DNA of 64,000 bases from IMG/VR virus record IMGVR_UViG_3300006037_000005, positions 62,599-126,598 of that record, one strand, 5' to 3'. This stretch comes from a virus. Below the pieces are notes generated by a model. The model was not told where the DNA came from, made no database searches, and saw only the letters and a list, made by a program, of their open reading frames with translations. Shown here piece by piece: positions 10,970 through 20,941 of the stretch (positions within the stretch are counted from its first letter, which is position 1; each line of letters starts with the position of its first letter). A program made the position numbers and the translations under genes.

Positions 10970-11992
10970 TTACCATAGAGGATCTTTGTGTCCATGAATA
11001 ATACCATTGAATATATGTGCTATCACATCAACGGTCCAGCCATTACCTAGCATTTTATATCTTTGGTTGTCTGAGACACCCTGTGTGTATCCATCTTCAA
11101 CTGTCTGTAGTCTTTCACATTCTGTTGGTGTTAATTTTCTTATAAAATTATCTGTTAAAACACCATGCCTATCGACAGCAGTTAATGTATAGAATTTTGA
11201 TTTTGGTGGTTTAAATCTACCTCCATTGTGCCTAGATTTCAATTTGTCTGGTACTAAGCAAGGTATGGCATATAAACCTGTTTTTGCACCAAGACCACCA
11301 CCATTTGCTGATAATGTTACAGATTTATAATGTATGTTATACACTCTATTCCCTTGTGAATCTGTTCCAATAAAAGCAATCTTTCTTCTATCAACTTCAT
11401 TATCACAAATTATTATAGATCTTTCAGTATTTATGATATATTTTTGATCAACTTCCTCCTCAAGTATATCCTCCACTGTTAGTTTCGATTTTTCATATTC
11501 AAGATTCACTGGTATGTTCGTCCAATACCACCTTATTCTTTCCTGTGCTGAAAAATCTGTAGAATCTATTCTGATTGGATAAACTCCGACCAACTTTGTT
11601 ATGACATCCAAATACTCCTCTTTCATATTAACATTTTCAAGAAAGAAATATTTTGGTTGAAGTTCGTTCTTTAATCTCAGAAATTCAAAAAACAATTTAC
11701 TCCTAGGATCATCAAAGTTTAACTGCTTACCAGCAAAACTAAAACCTTGGCATGGGCTTCCTCCCATCAAAAGGTCTATTTTTGGCAGATCTGTTGTCTT
11801 TATATTTCTAACGTCACCAAGTTGTATTGTATTAGGAAAATTCTTTTGTGTGATAAAAATAGAAGATCTGCAAATTTCTGAGGCAAAGTATTGTTTGTAT
11901 TTGATACCAATTTTGTTTAGTGCTATCTGCCCACACGACATACCATCAAAACATGATAAAACATTTTCTATTCCAAAATTCTGTTGCTCCAT
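10970..11992 (-). CDS. DNA (cytosine-5) methyltransferase
   Basis: SCFDGM, GGSPCQ, FLENV, QERIRWYW, RKLTP.ECERLQ and GNGWTVDVI motifs. Confidence 0.95.
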   Translation of the reverse strand: MEQQNFGIENVLSCFDGMSCGQIALNKIGIKYKQYFASEICRSSIFITQKNFPNTIQLGDVRNIKTTDLPKIDLLMGGSPCQGFSFAGKQLNFDDPRSKLFFEFLRLKNELQPKYFFLENVNMKEEYLDVITKLVGVYPIRIDSTDFSAQERIRWYWTNIPVNLEYEKSKLTVEDILEEEVDQKYIINTERSIIICDNEVDRRKIAFIGTDSQGNRVYNIHYKSVTLSANGGGLGAKTGLYAIPCLVPDKLKSRHNGGRFKPPKSKFYTLTAVDRHGVLTDNFIRKLTPTECERLQTVEDGYTQGVSDNQRYKMLGNGWTVDVIAHIFNGIIHGHKDPLW

Positions 11993-12005
11993 AAAATAGC
12001 TGATT

Positions 12006-12461
12006 CTATATTTTCTTTTTTATGGTTATGTTCTTATACAAACCATAAAATCCTGTCTTTGGATGTTGTAAAAAATCTATGCCATTTTTTCTTGATGGTA
12101 AAACATCCTTAACTATCCACTCACCATTTATTTCTTTAAATTCAGATTTCACTATAACAATATCATTAAACTTGAATTCACCACCATTCTTTTTGAAAAG
12201 ATTTAATGATAGTGCGACCCATCTTATCTTGTTTAATCTCAATTTAATGGTATCAATAACAGATTGATTTGCCGTAACAGTTGGTGTTGGATCTGTTTGG
12301 CTTGTCGTTGGATGATATACTGAGCCAATCATCTGAACCTCTTTTTGAATTTCTTTTTTCTCTTGTGGATTAATGTTCTTCAGATTTTTGTTTACAGCCA
12401 TATTGTAAAAACCGAATTTTATTGCCACGAGAAAAATTATTAAAATATAGAATTTTTGCAT
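12006..12461 (-). CDS. 3D-domain (MltA-like) peptidoglycan lytic protein with N-terminal membrane anchor
   Basis: hydrophobic N-terminus; Y..T..QTD..P..TA, WVALS, V.D and IDF pattern. Confidence 0.7.
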   Translation of the reverse strand: MQKFYILIIFLVAIKFGFYNMAVNKNLKNINPQEKKEIQKEVQMIGSVYHPTTSQTDPTPTVTANQSVIDTIKLRLNKIRWVALSLNLFKKNGGEFKFNDIVIVKSEFKEINGEWIVKDVLPSRKNGIDFLQHPKTGFYGLYKNITIKKKI

Positions 12462-12471
12462 GATAATGTTT

Positions 12472-12672
12472 TTATTTTGTTATACTTATTATATCTTTAA
12501 CACAAACATATGGCGGCTCGGATATTTTTAATGATCTCGATGAATATTTAATAAAGATACCATCAACTTGAACAAGACCATCAAAGAAAGATATCTCTGA
12601 ACAATCCCTTGTGGTTTTTATGGTAGCAACACCATCACCAGTATCAATTTTATCATTATATTCAAATTTCAT
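12472..12672 (-). CDS. hypothetical protein
   Basis: ORF packing. Confidence 0.55.
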   Translation of the reverse strand: MKFEYNDKIDTGDGVATIKTTRDCSEISFFDGLVQVDGIFIKYSSRSLKISEPPYVCVKDIISITK

Positions 12673-13010
12673 AGTAGAAGATTCTTAAGTTCTTTTATGG
12701 ATTTTTCTGATGTTTCGAAAGACAAAGCCCTGTTTATGGCTGATTTTATATTAACTGGACACCATGCCCAATCACCGAAATCTTCTTTGCTTGGCAATTT
12801 CTCCCTAGCAGGCATTATTACACCATTTGGTAGTTTTTGCTCTTTTGCTCTCTTAATTTTAAAAATTTCGTACACATTCGGATCATTGCTGTACTCACCA
12901 TTTGCTTCATATATTGCAACAACTTCGCCTCTAAATATTTGTTTGAAATTGTATCCAGAATTTTTGTATTCTTCTGGTAATGGCTTATATTCTAAACTCT
13001 CTTCTGTCAT
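12669..13010 (-). CDS. hypothetical phage protein
   Basis: ORF with a PS.EDFG.WAW motif. Confidence 0.7.
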   Translation of the reverse strand: MTEESLEYKPLPEEYKNSGYNFKQIFRGEVVAIYEANGEYSNDPNVYEIFKIKRAKEQKLPNGVIMPAREKLPSKEDFGDWAWCPVNIKSAINRALSFETSEKSIKELKNLLL

Positions 13011-13429
13011 AATACTTTATATTTCAAAAAAATTTTCTTCATTTCATTGTTCAGACCATATCCACACAAAATTGATATGTAATCTCTGATTTTATCAACT
13101 GTTTTCATCTTGTCAAGAACTGATAAAATTTTGTCTGTGTAAAAATTTGTACGAATTCTGTTGTCTTGTATAAAACAAAGTATTTCAAATTCACACAATG
13201 TTTTCAAACCTTTGTTATATGGTTCAGAGTTTAAAGTTTCTAACCATTTCAATATCAAAATTTTCAATTCTTCTTGTAAAACACAAAAATATTCATTATC
13301 TATAGAAATTGTGTTATTGTCAATGTAAATGTGACAATTTTTTATAAATGAAAGTTTTATATCTAATGAACCAATGGATTTTTTAAAAGATTGTGATCTT
13401 TTGCACTCTGCTATGAAATCTTTAATCAT
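13007..13429 (-). CDS. hypothetical protein
   Basis: ORF packing. Confidence 0.65.
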   Translation of the reverse strand: MIKDFIAECKRSQSFKKSIGSLDIKLSFIKNCHIYIDNNTISIDNEYFCVLQEELKILILKWLETLNSEPYNKGLKTLCEFEILCFIQDNRIRTNFYTDKILSVLDKMKTVDKIRDYISILCGYGLNNEMKKIFLKYKVL

Positions 13430-13435
13430 TTATTA

Positions 13436-14455
13436 TTAATCAAAAATGCCATATTCCTCAACAACACCATTTTCATCAAAGATTTCATAATAGCCTTTTT
13501 GGCCTTCATAATAGTCTATCGTTTCGAAGATTATGTGATTAGAATTATCATCAAATCCATATGTTTTGAAAATACCATGTTTCAGACCATTTTTGTAAAC
13601 ACCAGATATTTTGATTTCTCCAGAATTGAAATAGACAGTGTTCCTTCCATCAAGAACACCGTTGTTGTAAGTCATGCTTGAAACAATGCAACCATCTTCA
13701 TCAAATTTCTTTGCTACACCGTGTATTTTCGAATTCTCATTCAAAACGAATTCAAATTTCAATTCACCATTTGTGTGATAAAGTCTGATTGTTCCCTTTA
13801 CATTGTGGTTACCATCTTCAAAATCAGATGATGCCAATTCTTCTTTATACGCTGTACGTATTTTGTCACGAATCCTGTGTACCCTTGTTTTTACAGCACC
13901 TTCGGTATTAAGTTCGTATTTTTCTTTTATCTGAGTATAATCATTTTGTGAGAAAATCGCATCTTTAAAAAATGTTAATTTATCTTCCTCAAGATTTTCA
14001 ACAATGTTAAGAACTCTATTGTATTGTTTATCGAAACTGTTATGTAAAAGTTCACAACACTCCACAGAATTCATTGAATCATCTTTATCTTTATTGATGA
14101 TGTCTAGTAGATCATTCGAATCTTCAATATCATCGAAGACGTTTAATTTTGAGATTGCTACAACTTTAGCTTTTGCAGATTTGTTGTAAAGCATTTTAGA
14201 AAAATTTTGCGAAAGAGTGTAGATGTAAGATAAGAAAGATTTATCATCTACGAAAGTGTAATTTTTGTTGGAATGGACCTTTATGAAGACCGTCTGTGCG
14301 ATTTCTTCAACCAAGGCTGAATTTCTAAGAATGTTGTTTGAGGCTGACTTTACTATCGGTAGACATATTTTGTAAAGTTCATTGAAATTTTTTTCACTAC
14401 GGTTTTCGAAATATTGTTTTGCAACAGCCTGGATTTTTAAAGATTTTGGGTTCAT
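13436..14455 (-). CDS. ECF-type sigma factor fused to C-terminal MORN-like (YwqK/MORN_2) repeats
   Basis: region 2 (EEIAQTVFIKV...FLSYIYTLSQN), region 4 (EGAVKTRVHRIR), then Y..NG/LDG/KHG beta-hairpin repeats. Confidence 0.8.
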   Translation of the reverse strand: MNPKSLKIQAVAKQYFENRSEKNFNELYKICLPIVKSASNNILRNSALVEEIAQTVFIKVHSNKNYTFVDDKSFLSYIYTLSQNFSKMLYNKSAKAKVVAISKLNVFDDIEDSNDLLDIINKDKDDSMNSVECCELLHNSFDKQYNRVLNIVENLEEDKLTFFKDAIFSQNDYTQIKEKYELNTEGAVKTRVHRIRDKIRTAYKEELASSDFEDGNHNVKGTIRLYHTNGELKFEFVLNENSKIHGVAKKFDEDGCIVSSMTYNNGVLDGRNTVYFNSGEIKISGVYKNGLKHGIFKTYGFDDNSNHIIFETIDYYEGQKGYYEIFDENGVVEEYGIFD

Positions 14456-14528
14456 AAAATGCTCTCGTTTAAAATGTTTCTATTAAACAAAGAAAGCATA
14501 TCTGTGTTAAAATCTTGTAAAAATTGTA

Positions 14529-15653
14529 TTAAGAATTTGTTAAGAAATCAGCTGGAGTATAAACTTCATATCCAATGGAGAAAATATCTTTTATGATAGA
14601 TTTGAATTTGTTGTATCCAAGTTTTTGTATTTCATCTGAATAGACGTGATATAAAGGGTTTTCAAAATATTTTTCGGCATTAGAATATCTAAGTATATCT
14701 TCTTTTTTATCTGAAAGTATTTTATTGGATTTCAATATATCAAAACGTTTTTCAGTCAAAAAATCATCGATATTTGATATAAAGAAACCGAATTTTTCTT
14801 TTACCTTATCAACATTTGCCTTGCTAGTAGTCATACCGAACAACAAGTAATAATCCTTGTTATAGGATGTTCTAGAGATCTGAATGCTATAGCAAAGATT
14901 TTCGTCATATCTGAATATTTTGTAAAGTGGACTATTTAAGCCATCAGAAAAATAATCACAAATGAAAGATGAGAGATAATGATAACTTGATATTTTGTTG
15001 GTTAAAAATAATATTGGATAGAGGTCATCTGATTCTCCGATTCTAATGAAATCCGATTCATTAGATGGCCTTCTATCAGAAAGATCAAATTCGGTGAAGG
15101 ATTTTTTCTCAAAATTGGTCTCTAAATTTTTTGAAACATTTACTACTGAAGATGGATTTTCAAATATTGTTTTTAACCATTCATCGATTTTTGGTTTTGT
15201 GCAAGATCTTATATCTTCTATAGAACCTATTGGCATGTAATCACTAAAAACCTTCCTGTGAACATTCATCAACAGATTACCAAATGGTGAATCTGTTGAA
15301 TCATAATATTCTTGAATTATTATGTTCTTTTCTTTTTCTATAACTTCCTGAGAGAATTCTAGATTCAATATCCTTTTAAGAATTTCTTCTTTATGAAATG
15401 ATAGTTTATCTTCGAAACCTTTAAAATGGAAAACTATCTGTTCAGGAGAGGTGTAAGCATTCCATTCTATAAAATCTTTTTGTAAATCATCAAAGATATC
15501 ATTGAGGCTTTCACATATCAAATGTTCACAGATGTGAGAATATCCTCTAAAACCATAATACTCAACAGAGGAAGAACCATTATAAACTATCCAAAGAGAA
15601 GATAGATCATTATTAGATTTTATGTTTATGATATTAGAAAGAGCAGAATCCAT
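14529..15653 (-). CDS. M16 family zinc peptidase (insulinase-like)
   Basis: inverted zinc motif HICEH, NAYT, EK.II.QE, G..S.L...R...LCY. Confidence 0.88.
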   Translation of the reverse strand: MDSALSNIINIKSNNDLSSLWIVYNGSSSVEYYGFRGYSHICEHLICESLNDIFDDLQKDFIEWNAYTSPEQIVFHFKGFEDKLSFHKEEILKRILNLEFSQEVIEKEKNIIIQEYYDSTDSPFGNLLMNVHRKVFSDYMPIGSIEDIRSCTKPKIDEWLKTIFENPSSVVNVSKNLETNFEKKSFTEFDLSDRRPSNESDFIRIGESDDLYPILFLTNKISSYHYLSSFICDYFSDGLNSPLYKIFRYDENLCYSIQISRTSYNKDYYLLFGMTTSKANVDKVKEKFGFFISNIDDFLTEKRFDILKSNKILSDKKEDILRYSNAEKYFENPLYHVYSDEIQKLGYNKFKSIIKDIFSIGYEVYTPADFLTNS

Positions 15654-15676
15654 GTTTTTCTATATATAACAAAAAT

Positions 15677-16279
15677 CTATCTTTGAATAGGTATGAATTG
15701 TGGTTCACCATTTTCTATGGTGAAAGAACCATATGGTAAAGCGAATTCTTTCACATCTTTTACATCTTCATACTTCACTGGTATGCCAAATTGTAAAAGT
15801 AAAGTATAAAGATTCGTAGCTGTTACATCAATAAGTGTTCTATCTTCCTTATATTCCACCTTGAATGCTATTTTATCTTCATCTATATCAACACCAGAAT
15901 TGTGTAAAGCAAGGAATACATCTCTTACAGCTAAACAGAATTTTTGTTTGTCTGTTTTATCACCATCTTTCTCGATATCAAATATATCTTTTATAATAAG
16001 TGAAACGGTTGCATTGAGTTTTTCTATATCAAAATTGGCTATGATCTTCTGTTGGTGAAAATTTCTAGCATCTTCAATATTATCAAAATTTGTTGATAAC
16101 ACTGGATATATTTTAACTATATGAGATTCTTTATATTTAGCAACTTTATCCACAAGATCTTTAAAATCTTGGCAGATTGTTATAAGATTTTTCGTTGCAC
16201 TATCAGATGTCTGATCAGATAAAATAAGACTTGTTTTTTTCGTGAAATAAACTACGTATTCTGGTTCTTTAAATTCCAT
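15677..16279 (-). CDS. hypothetical protein
   Basis: 200 aa ORF. Confidence 0.7.
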   Translation of the reverse strand: MEFKEPEYVVYFTKKTSLILSDQTSDSATKNLITICQDFKDLVDKVAKYKESHIVKIYPVLSTNFDNIEDARNFHQQKIIANFDIEKLNATVSLIIKDIFDIEKDGDKTDKQKFCLAVRDVFLALHNSGVDIDEDKIAFKVEYKEDRTLIDVTATNLYTLLLQFGIPVKYEDVKDVKEFALPYGSFTIENGEPQFIPIQR

Positions 16280-16280
16280 T

Positions 16281-16547
16281 TTAAATATTATTTTCTATTT
16301 CTTCAATAATTATATCGAGATCGTAATCATTATCGAGATCGTAATGGTATTTCTTCTTTGTGGCATCTGGTATTTGATAGACTTCAAAATTCTCTACATC
16401 TATGCAGATGGATTCAGATTCCGAGTCCTCATCATCAAAGAAGCTAAAACAATCTCTGTTAAATCCAATGTTTATAAGTCTATCTTTTAATTTGATTAAA
16501 AGATTTGGATCTGCCTCTTTTATTAGAACGAACAATTTTTGTGCCAT
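16281..16547 (-). CDS. acidic hypothetical protein
   Basis: ORF packing. Confidence 0.6.
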   Translation of the reverse strand: MAQKLFVLIKEADPNLLIKLKDRLINIGFNRDCFSFFDDEDSESESICIDVENFEVYQIPDATKKKYHYDLDNDYDLDIIIEEIENNI

Positions 16548-16550
16548 ATT

Positions 16551-16973
16551 TTATTGGAGAGTGTTATTTAAATCACAATTGGTTTTAATTAAAGAATCTA
16601 AACTTGAAATCTGATCAAGTTTCTTTTGTTCATACATTTCCTTTATTCTAACCATAGCATAACCACCAAGGTTCAATCTCTCTTTTATGGAGAAAGATGG
16701 TGAAGTTTCTATGAAATTTACTGAAACATCTCTACCATTTAGAACACCTATTTTGACATGGATGAATGAATCAGATTTCTTGGTTGATATAACAAAAGTG
16801 TCGTTTGTTTGTATTATGGTTGAATCTGGATCATTAACAAGGCTCAATATTTTAAGGAATATTGAGTAATCCTCCTTGTTTGTGGTTCTTTGGAAGTCTG
16901 TTTTTTGCAATCTTTTTTCATTGAACAGCTGATACCAAAGTTTGACAAAATTCAATTTTATTTTTCTAAACAT
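16551..16973 (-). CDS. hypothetical protein
   Basis: ORF packing. Confidence 0.65.
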   Translation of the reverse strand: MFRKIKLNFVKLWYQLFNEKRLQKTDFQRTTNKEDYSIFLKILSLVNDPDSTIIQTNDTFVISTKKSDSFIHVKIGVLNGRDVSVNFIETSPSFSIKERLNLGGYAMVRIKEMYEQKKLDQISSLDSLIKTNCDLNNTLQ

Positions 16974-17024
16974 TTTCTTTTTTGTTTATTTATATTTTGT
17001 AACACAAATGGTTACAGAATTGCG

Positions 17025-17411
17025 TCAGATATATCGTAAACAATCAATATCGTGCGTACTGAGATATGCTTTGAAGGATGGATCATTATCTATTACAAAA
17101 ATTATATCATTCTTATCAAAAAGAGAAAATTGCCCAAGGAAATATGTGTTCAATATTAATATTTTTGATTCTATATATGATATTCCGTTTCTCAAGAAAT
17201 GTATATCATCAAAAGGTATATTATTATCTTTCAGTATGAATTTGAATTTATGCTTTAATTCAACATTGAATTCTGACAACATTATTATGTTGAATTTTTT
17301 ATATAATTCTATCAGCAACGATTTGAATTTCTTATTTATATCATAAAAAAATTCTCCACTTTCTAATATTATATGTTTAAACACAATATTAGAATCAACA
17401 ACAAGCAACAT
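17025..17411 (-). CDS. hypothetical protein, possibly a degenerate HAD-like fold
   Basis: N-terminal LLVVD and late FVIDND resemble HAD motifs I and IV. Confidence 0.4.
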   Translation of the reverse strand: MLLVVDSNIVFKHIILESGEFFYDINKKFKSLLIELYKKFNIIMLSEFNVELKHKFKFILKDNNIPFDDIHFLRNGISYIESKILILNTYFLGQFSLFDKNDIIFVIDNDPSFKAYLSTHDIDCLRYI

Positions 17412-17426
17412 AAAAATTCTTTTAGG

Positions 17427-17633
17427 CTATTTTTTCTTTATTTTGGCATAAACCTCTTTCTTGGAATGAGAAAGCCCATTGCTAACAATTGTACATTTGT
17501 CTAGGTGAAGGTGTGGTTTTATCTCTCTATATTTTGTGTCGGCATCTTTGTCTGAGCTAAGTAATTTTACAATATTCTTAAATTCATCTTCTGAAATTTC
17601 AGAAGATATTTCCAACAATAATTTATACATCAT
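17427..17633 (-). CDS. hypothetical protein
   Basis: ORF packing. Confidence 0.55.
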   Translation of the reverse strand: MMYKLLLEISSEISEDEFKNIVKLLSSDKDADTKYREIKPHLHLDKCTIVSNGLSHSKKEVYAKIKKK

Positions 17634-17648
17634 TTTTATTTATGTAAT

Positions 17649-17681
17649 AAAGCCACCAATGAATAATTCATTGGTGGCTTT
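17649..17681. terminator. intrinsic terminator hairpin downstream of the vWA gene
   Basis: inverted repeat aaagccaccaatgaat / attcattggtggcttt. Confidence 0.8.
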
Positions 17682-17687
17682 GATTTA

Positions 17688-19994
17688 TTATAATTTTATT
17701 TGTTTTTCTGATAATACGAAATTCATATCAAGATCTAGACCATCAATCCTCATAGAAAGTTTAGAATTTTCGATTTCTGAGAATTCTGGAAACCATTTCC
17801 TTGAGAGGATCTGAGAAAATTTCATAACAGATATTTCATTCATTAGTTCCTTCTTCATGATGTTTACATCTTTCCTATAAAGATTTATCCAATCACCAAG
17901 AATTTGGCTCTTGGTTTTTTCATCAAATTTAGATAAGACTTCCGAAGTGGATTCTTTTTTAAACGAATCTATAGTGGGCTTCATCAAAGATTCAGTTATT
18001 TTTAATGATTTACCATCTTCTATGCTTTTCATAACATCCTCAACTTTTGGCAAACTTGAGCATTTTGCTATTTTAACCTCCAAAGAAAGTGCTGTGTAAG
18101 TATCCTTAGTTTCCTCTTTAATGGTTTCTGGACTATATCCATTGAATTGGGTAACACCAATTGATTCTAACCACACCTCTGCATCAGCACCATACTCTTT
18201 AATAAAAGATTCTGAAATCTTCTTGTTATCAAAAACTACTTTGTCGTAATAACCAAGAACTTTATTCATTGCCTGCATTTTCAGTAATTCATAAGAAAGC
18301 TGGCCCAATTTTGTGGCTGAAATTGAATTGACTTGTTTCCTGTTTACTATCGGCAGAGATTCTAAATCCAATATAATAAAAAATGTTCCTGTTTCAAAAT
18401 CAGTATCTTTCTCTGTATCTGATTTATATTCAACACCATTTGAGGTCAAGAATTTGAGATCATTAGCTGTACAAGAAATAGGTAATTTCTGAACATTCAA
18501 AAGACCATCTTTCAAAATGGTGTAATTTCTGTAGATAAAAGAGGGTAACTGAATTAAACCAAAATCGTTTTTTGGTAATTTAACCACACCATCATATCTT
18601 ACCCTAACAGAAATATTGGCTCTATCTTCGTTGTATACAAAATCTTTTACATTGTGGCCAACAGTTTTATCATAGACAAATTCAGCTTTAGAATCTGCGA
18701 TTTCATCCATTGTGGCTTTCATATCTGAAAGATTCTTAACATCTTTCAATTTAGAAATATCAGATTCAGTTACTTTTGTATTAACATCAGATCTTTTTGC
18801 ACCAATTCTGTTGTATACAAAGTCTTTATGCCCAGGATAAAATAAAATCGTTTCTGAATCAGAGAGATAATTCAACAATGATAAAACAGAAAATTGATCC
18901 GCTTTGATCTGAATCTTTTCTTTTGTTACAAAAGGCAAGACCTCGTTCCCAAAAAGTATAGATTTTAAACGATCTCTGAATTCATTGAGTTTCTGTTTAC
19001 CATATGAATTTGTATAAGATTTCAACAATTCCTCACAACGAAGTTCCATAAGCAAATCATCAACTTCATCCGTTCTAAATTTATCAGATAGAACATAAGA
19101 GGCTAGCAACAATTGCTCATTCGTAATTTTACCAATTTCTATCGGTGCTTCAAAATCATTAACAATTTCAATAAAATCGATGAAATCGACATTTGATGGT
19201 AATAGAACTTCAGAATTTTGAACAGAATAAATTAGAATTTGGTCATCAATCATAGTCCAAGCTATACCGAATTTTGGTTGTGTGCCGATATTGATGAGCG
19301 TTTTTGAACTTGATAAATTTGAATTTGAAAGTTTTGCATCAAATTCTGGTTCAAAACTTTCAAAATTGGAAGAAAATATTTTATCTCCACCACAAATTTC
19401 AGCCATTTCCTGCATAGCTTTTGTATCAGCATAATAGCCATATTCAACAAAAGTAGAAGATTGTAAAATTGGTACTAGAGATTTCAAGTTATCTCTAACA
19501 TCAGACCAAGAACCTTGGTTATGATAACCATCAGACAAGAAAACCATCGAAAATAGGGAATTCGGTCTATTAACTGAGATTCTTTCAATTATTTCCTTTG
19601 CTATCTTCAAAGGTGAATCAAATGAAGTCAGACCAACTGGTTTTAACCATCTATCAACTGCATCATTAAAATCTTTAAGATCTTTCAATGATTTAATTTC
19701 AACTTCTTCTTTTAGAACACCTGCTTCATTTTTACCAGAAAACCAAACAACGGAAATTGTGTGACCATCTTTCATAACAGATGAAAGTTTGTTTTTCAAA
19801 TGTCTTCTTATGTTAGAAAGTTCTGATGACATAGAACCAGAGACATCGACAACAAAGATGTGATTGATTGGTAAAACATTTGGTTCTGATTTTTGTAATT
19901 GAATTCTCGTTAGAGAGAAATTACTAATTTGTTTTCTTACTACCACTGTTTGCATATTTAAAAATTTGATTTCTTGCTTTATCAAAACTGACAT
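17688..19994 (-). CDS. von Willebrand factor A domain protein (start may be MQTVVV at 19955)
   Basis: MIDAS motif VVDVSGSMS, conserved T, and FLSDG. Confidence 0.85.
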   Translation of the reverse strand: MSVLIKQEIKFLNMQTVVVRKQISNFSLTRIQLQKSEPNVLPINHIFVVDVSGSMSSELSNIRRHLKNKLSSVMKDGHTISVVWFSGKNEAGVLKEEVEIKSLKDLKDFNDAVDRWLKPVGLTSFDSPLKIAKEIIERISVNRPNSLFSMVFLSDGYHNQGSWSDVRDNLKSLVPILQSSTFVEYGYYADTKAMQEMAEICGGDKIFSSNFESFEPEFDAKLSNSNLSSSKTLINIGTQPKFGIAWTMIDDQILIYSVQNSEVLLPSNVDFIDFIEIVNDFEAPIEIGKITNEQLLLASYVLSDKFRTDEVDDLLMELRCEELLKSYTNSYGKQKLNEFRDRLKSILFGNEVLPFVTKEKIQIKADQFSVLSLLNYLSDSETILFYPGHKDFVYNRIGAKRSDVNTKVTESDISKLKDVKNLSDMKATMDEIADSKAEFVYDKTVGHNVKDFVYNEDRANISVRVRYDGVVKLPKNDFGLIQLPSFIYRNYTILKDGLLNVQKLPISCTANDLKFLTSNGVEYKSDTEKDTDFETGTFFIILDLESLPIVNRKQVNSISATKLGQLSYELLKMQAMNKVLGYYDKVVFDNKKISESFIKEYGADAEVWLESIGVTQFNGYSPETIKEETKDTYTALSLEVKIAKCSSLPKVEDVMKSIEDGKSLKITESLMKPTIDSFKKESTSEVLSKFDEKTKSQILGDWINLYRKDVNIMKKELMNEISVMKFSQILSRKWFPEFSEIENSKLSMRIDGLDLDMNFVLSEKQIKL

Positions 19995-20023
19995 CTCCCA
20001 TTGATATATAAAGAAATATTGTT

Positions 20024-20458
20024 ATGTTTTATTCTTTAATACCTTTATTGTTATCAGCCATTTGTTGTTCTGTTATGGATATATGTGTTCATAAATTCAA
20101 AGTTTCAATATTTAGTAAGATAAAAAACGGATTTTGGTATCAATGGTTTGATGGGGGTGATTCTTGGAAAAACAAATATGTTGATAGAATCCCCAAAAAT
20201 GGTTTTGTCAAAATGAAAATTCTCGGTATTATTTTCAACAAACCTGTTCAACTATCAGATTCTTGGCATTTCTTCAAGATGTTGTTTGTCTGTTTCTTTA
20301 TTTTATCGACAATTCTTGAAGGTTATTTTATGTACAATTGTTTCCGACCTGTTGATAATCAATTTTTATATTTTTCAGTCAAATATACCATCTATGGTGT
20401 TCTTTGGAACATTGTTTTTAGCGTATTTTATCGCCACATCCTTAAACTCAGATCTTAA
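20024..20458 (+). CDS. membrane protein
   Basis: hydrophobic helices; SWKNKY and D.WHFFK motifs. Confidence 0.7.
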   Translation: MFYSLIPLLLSAICCSVMDICVHKFKVSIFSKIKNGFWYQWFDGGDSWKNKYVDRIPKNGFVKMKILGIIFNKPVQLSDSWHFFKMLFVCFFILSTILEGYFMYNCFRPVDNQFLYFSVKYTIYGVLWNIVFSVFYRHILKLRS

Positions 20459-20941
20459 TAATTTATTTTGTAGGAAGACTTTAATCTTGAAAACTCAGCC
20501 TTTAACAGTCCCTTCTGGTACATCATATTCATCAGCAAGTTCTTTATATTTATAGCCATCAATTATCTTAAAAAAGATTTCTGAATGTGTTTTGTTTGGA
20601 TAGGATTTTATAAAATCTTCAAGCATTTTGGTGTCGAAATTGTTAACTGTTACACAAGATAGATCCATGGAATTTTCTTGATATGAGATATCAGAACATA
20701 TTGGTGTTTTTGAAGACTTTCTATATCTATCAACAGACATATTTTTCATAACAGTAAAATACCAAGATTTGAAATACCCTTTCTCATCAACATAAGTATC
20801 AAGATATGACAAACATTTCAAGTTGGTATCCTGTATTAAATCTTCTGCTTGATCCCTATCGAAATTGCAAAGTTTAGATGCATATCTTTTAATATAATCT
20901 TTATGGATCTTTACATTTGACACAAATTCTTCTTTCGTCAT
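20375..20941 (-). pseudogene. ECF sigma factor interrupted by an in-frame TGA (20495-20497) in region 4
   Basis: AEDLIQDT.LK and FKSW..TVMKN...D.YRK; GYKYKELA...PEGTVKG*VFKIK continues in frame. Confidence 0.7.

Noticed and set aside
16312-16345. 18-bp-period duplication (YDLDND/YDLD)
   Set aside because: Short in-frame duplication in an acidic protein; no evidence of function
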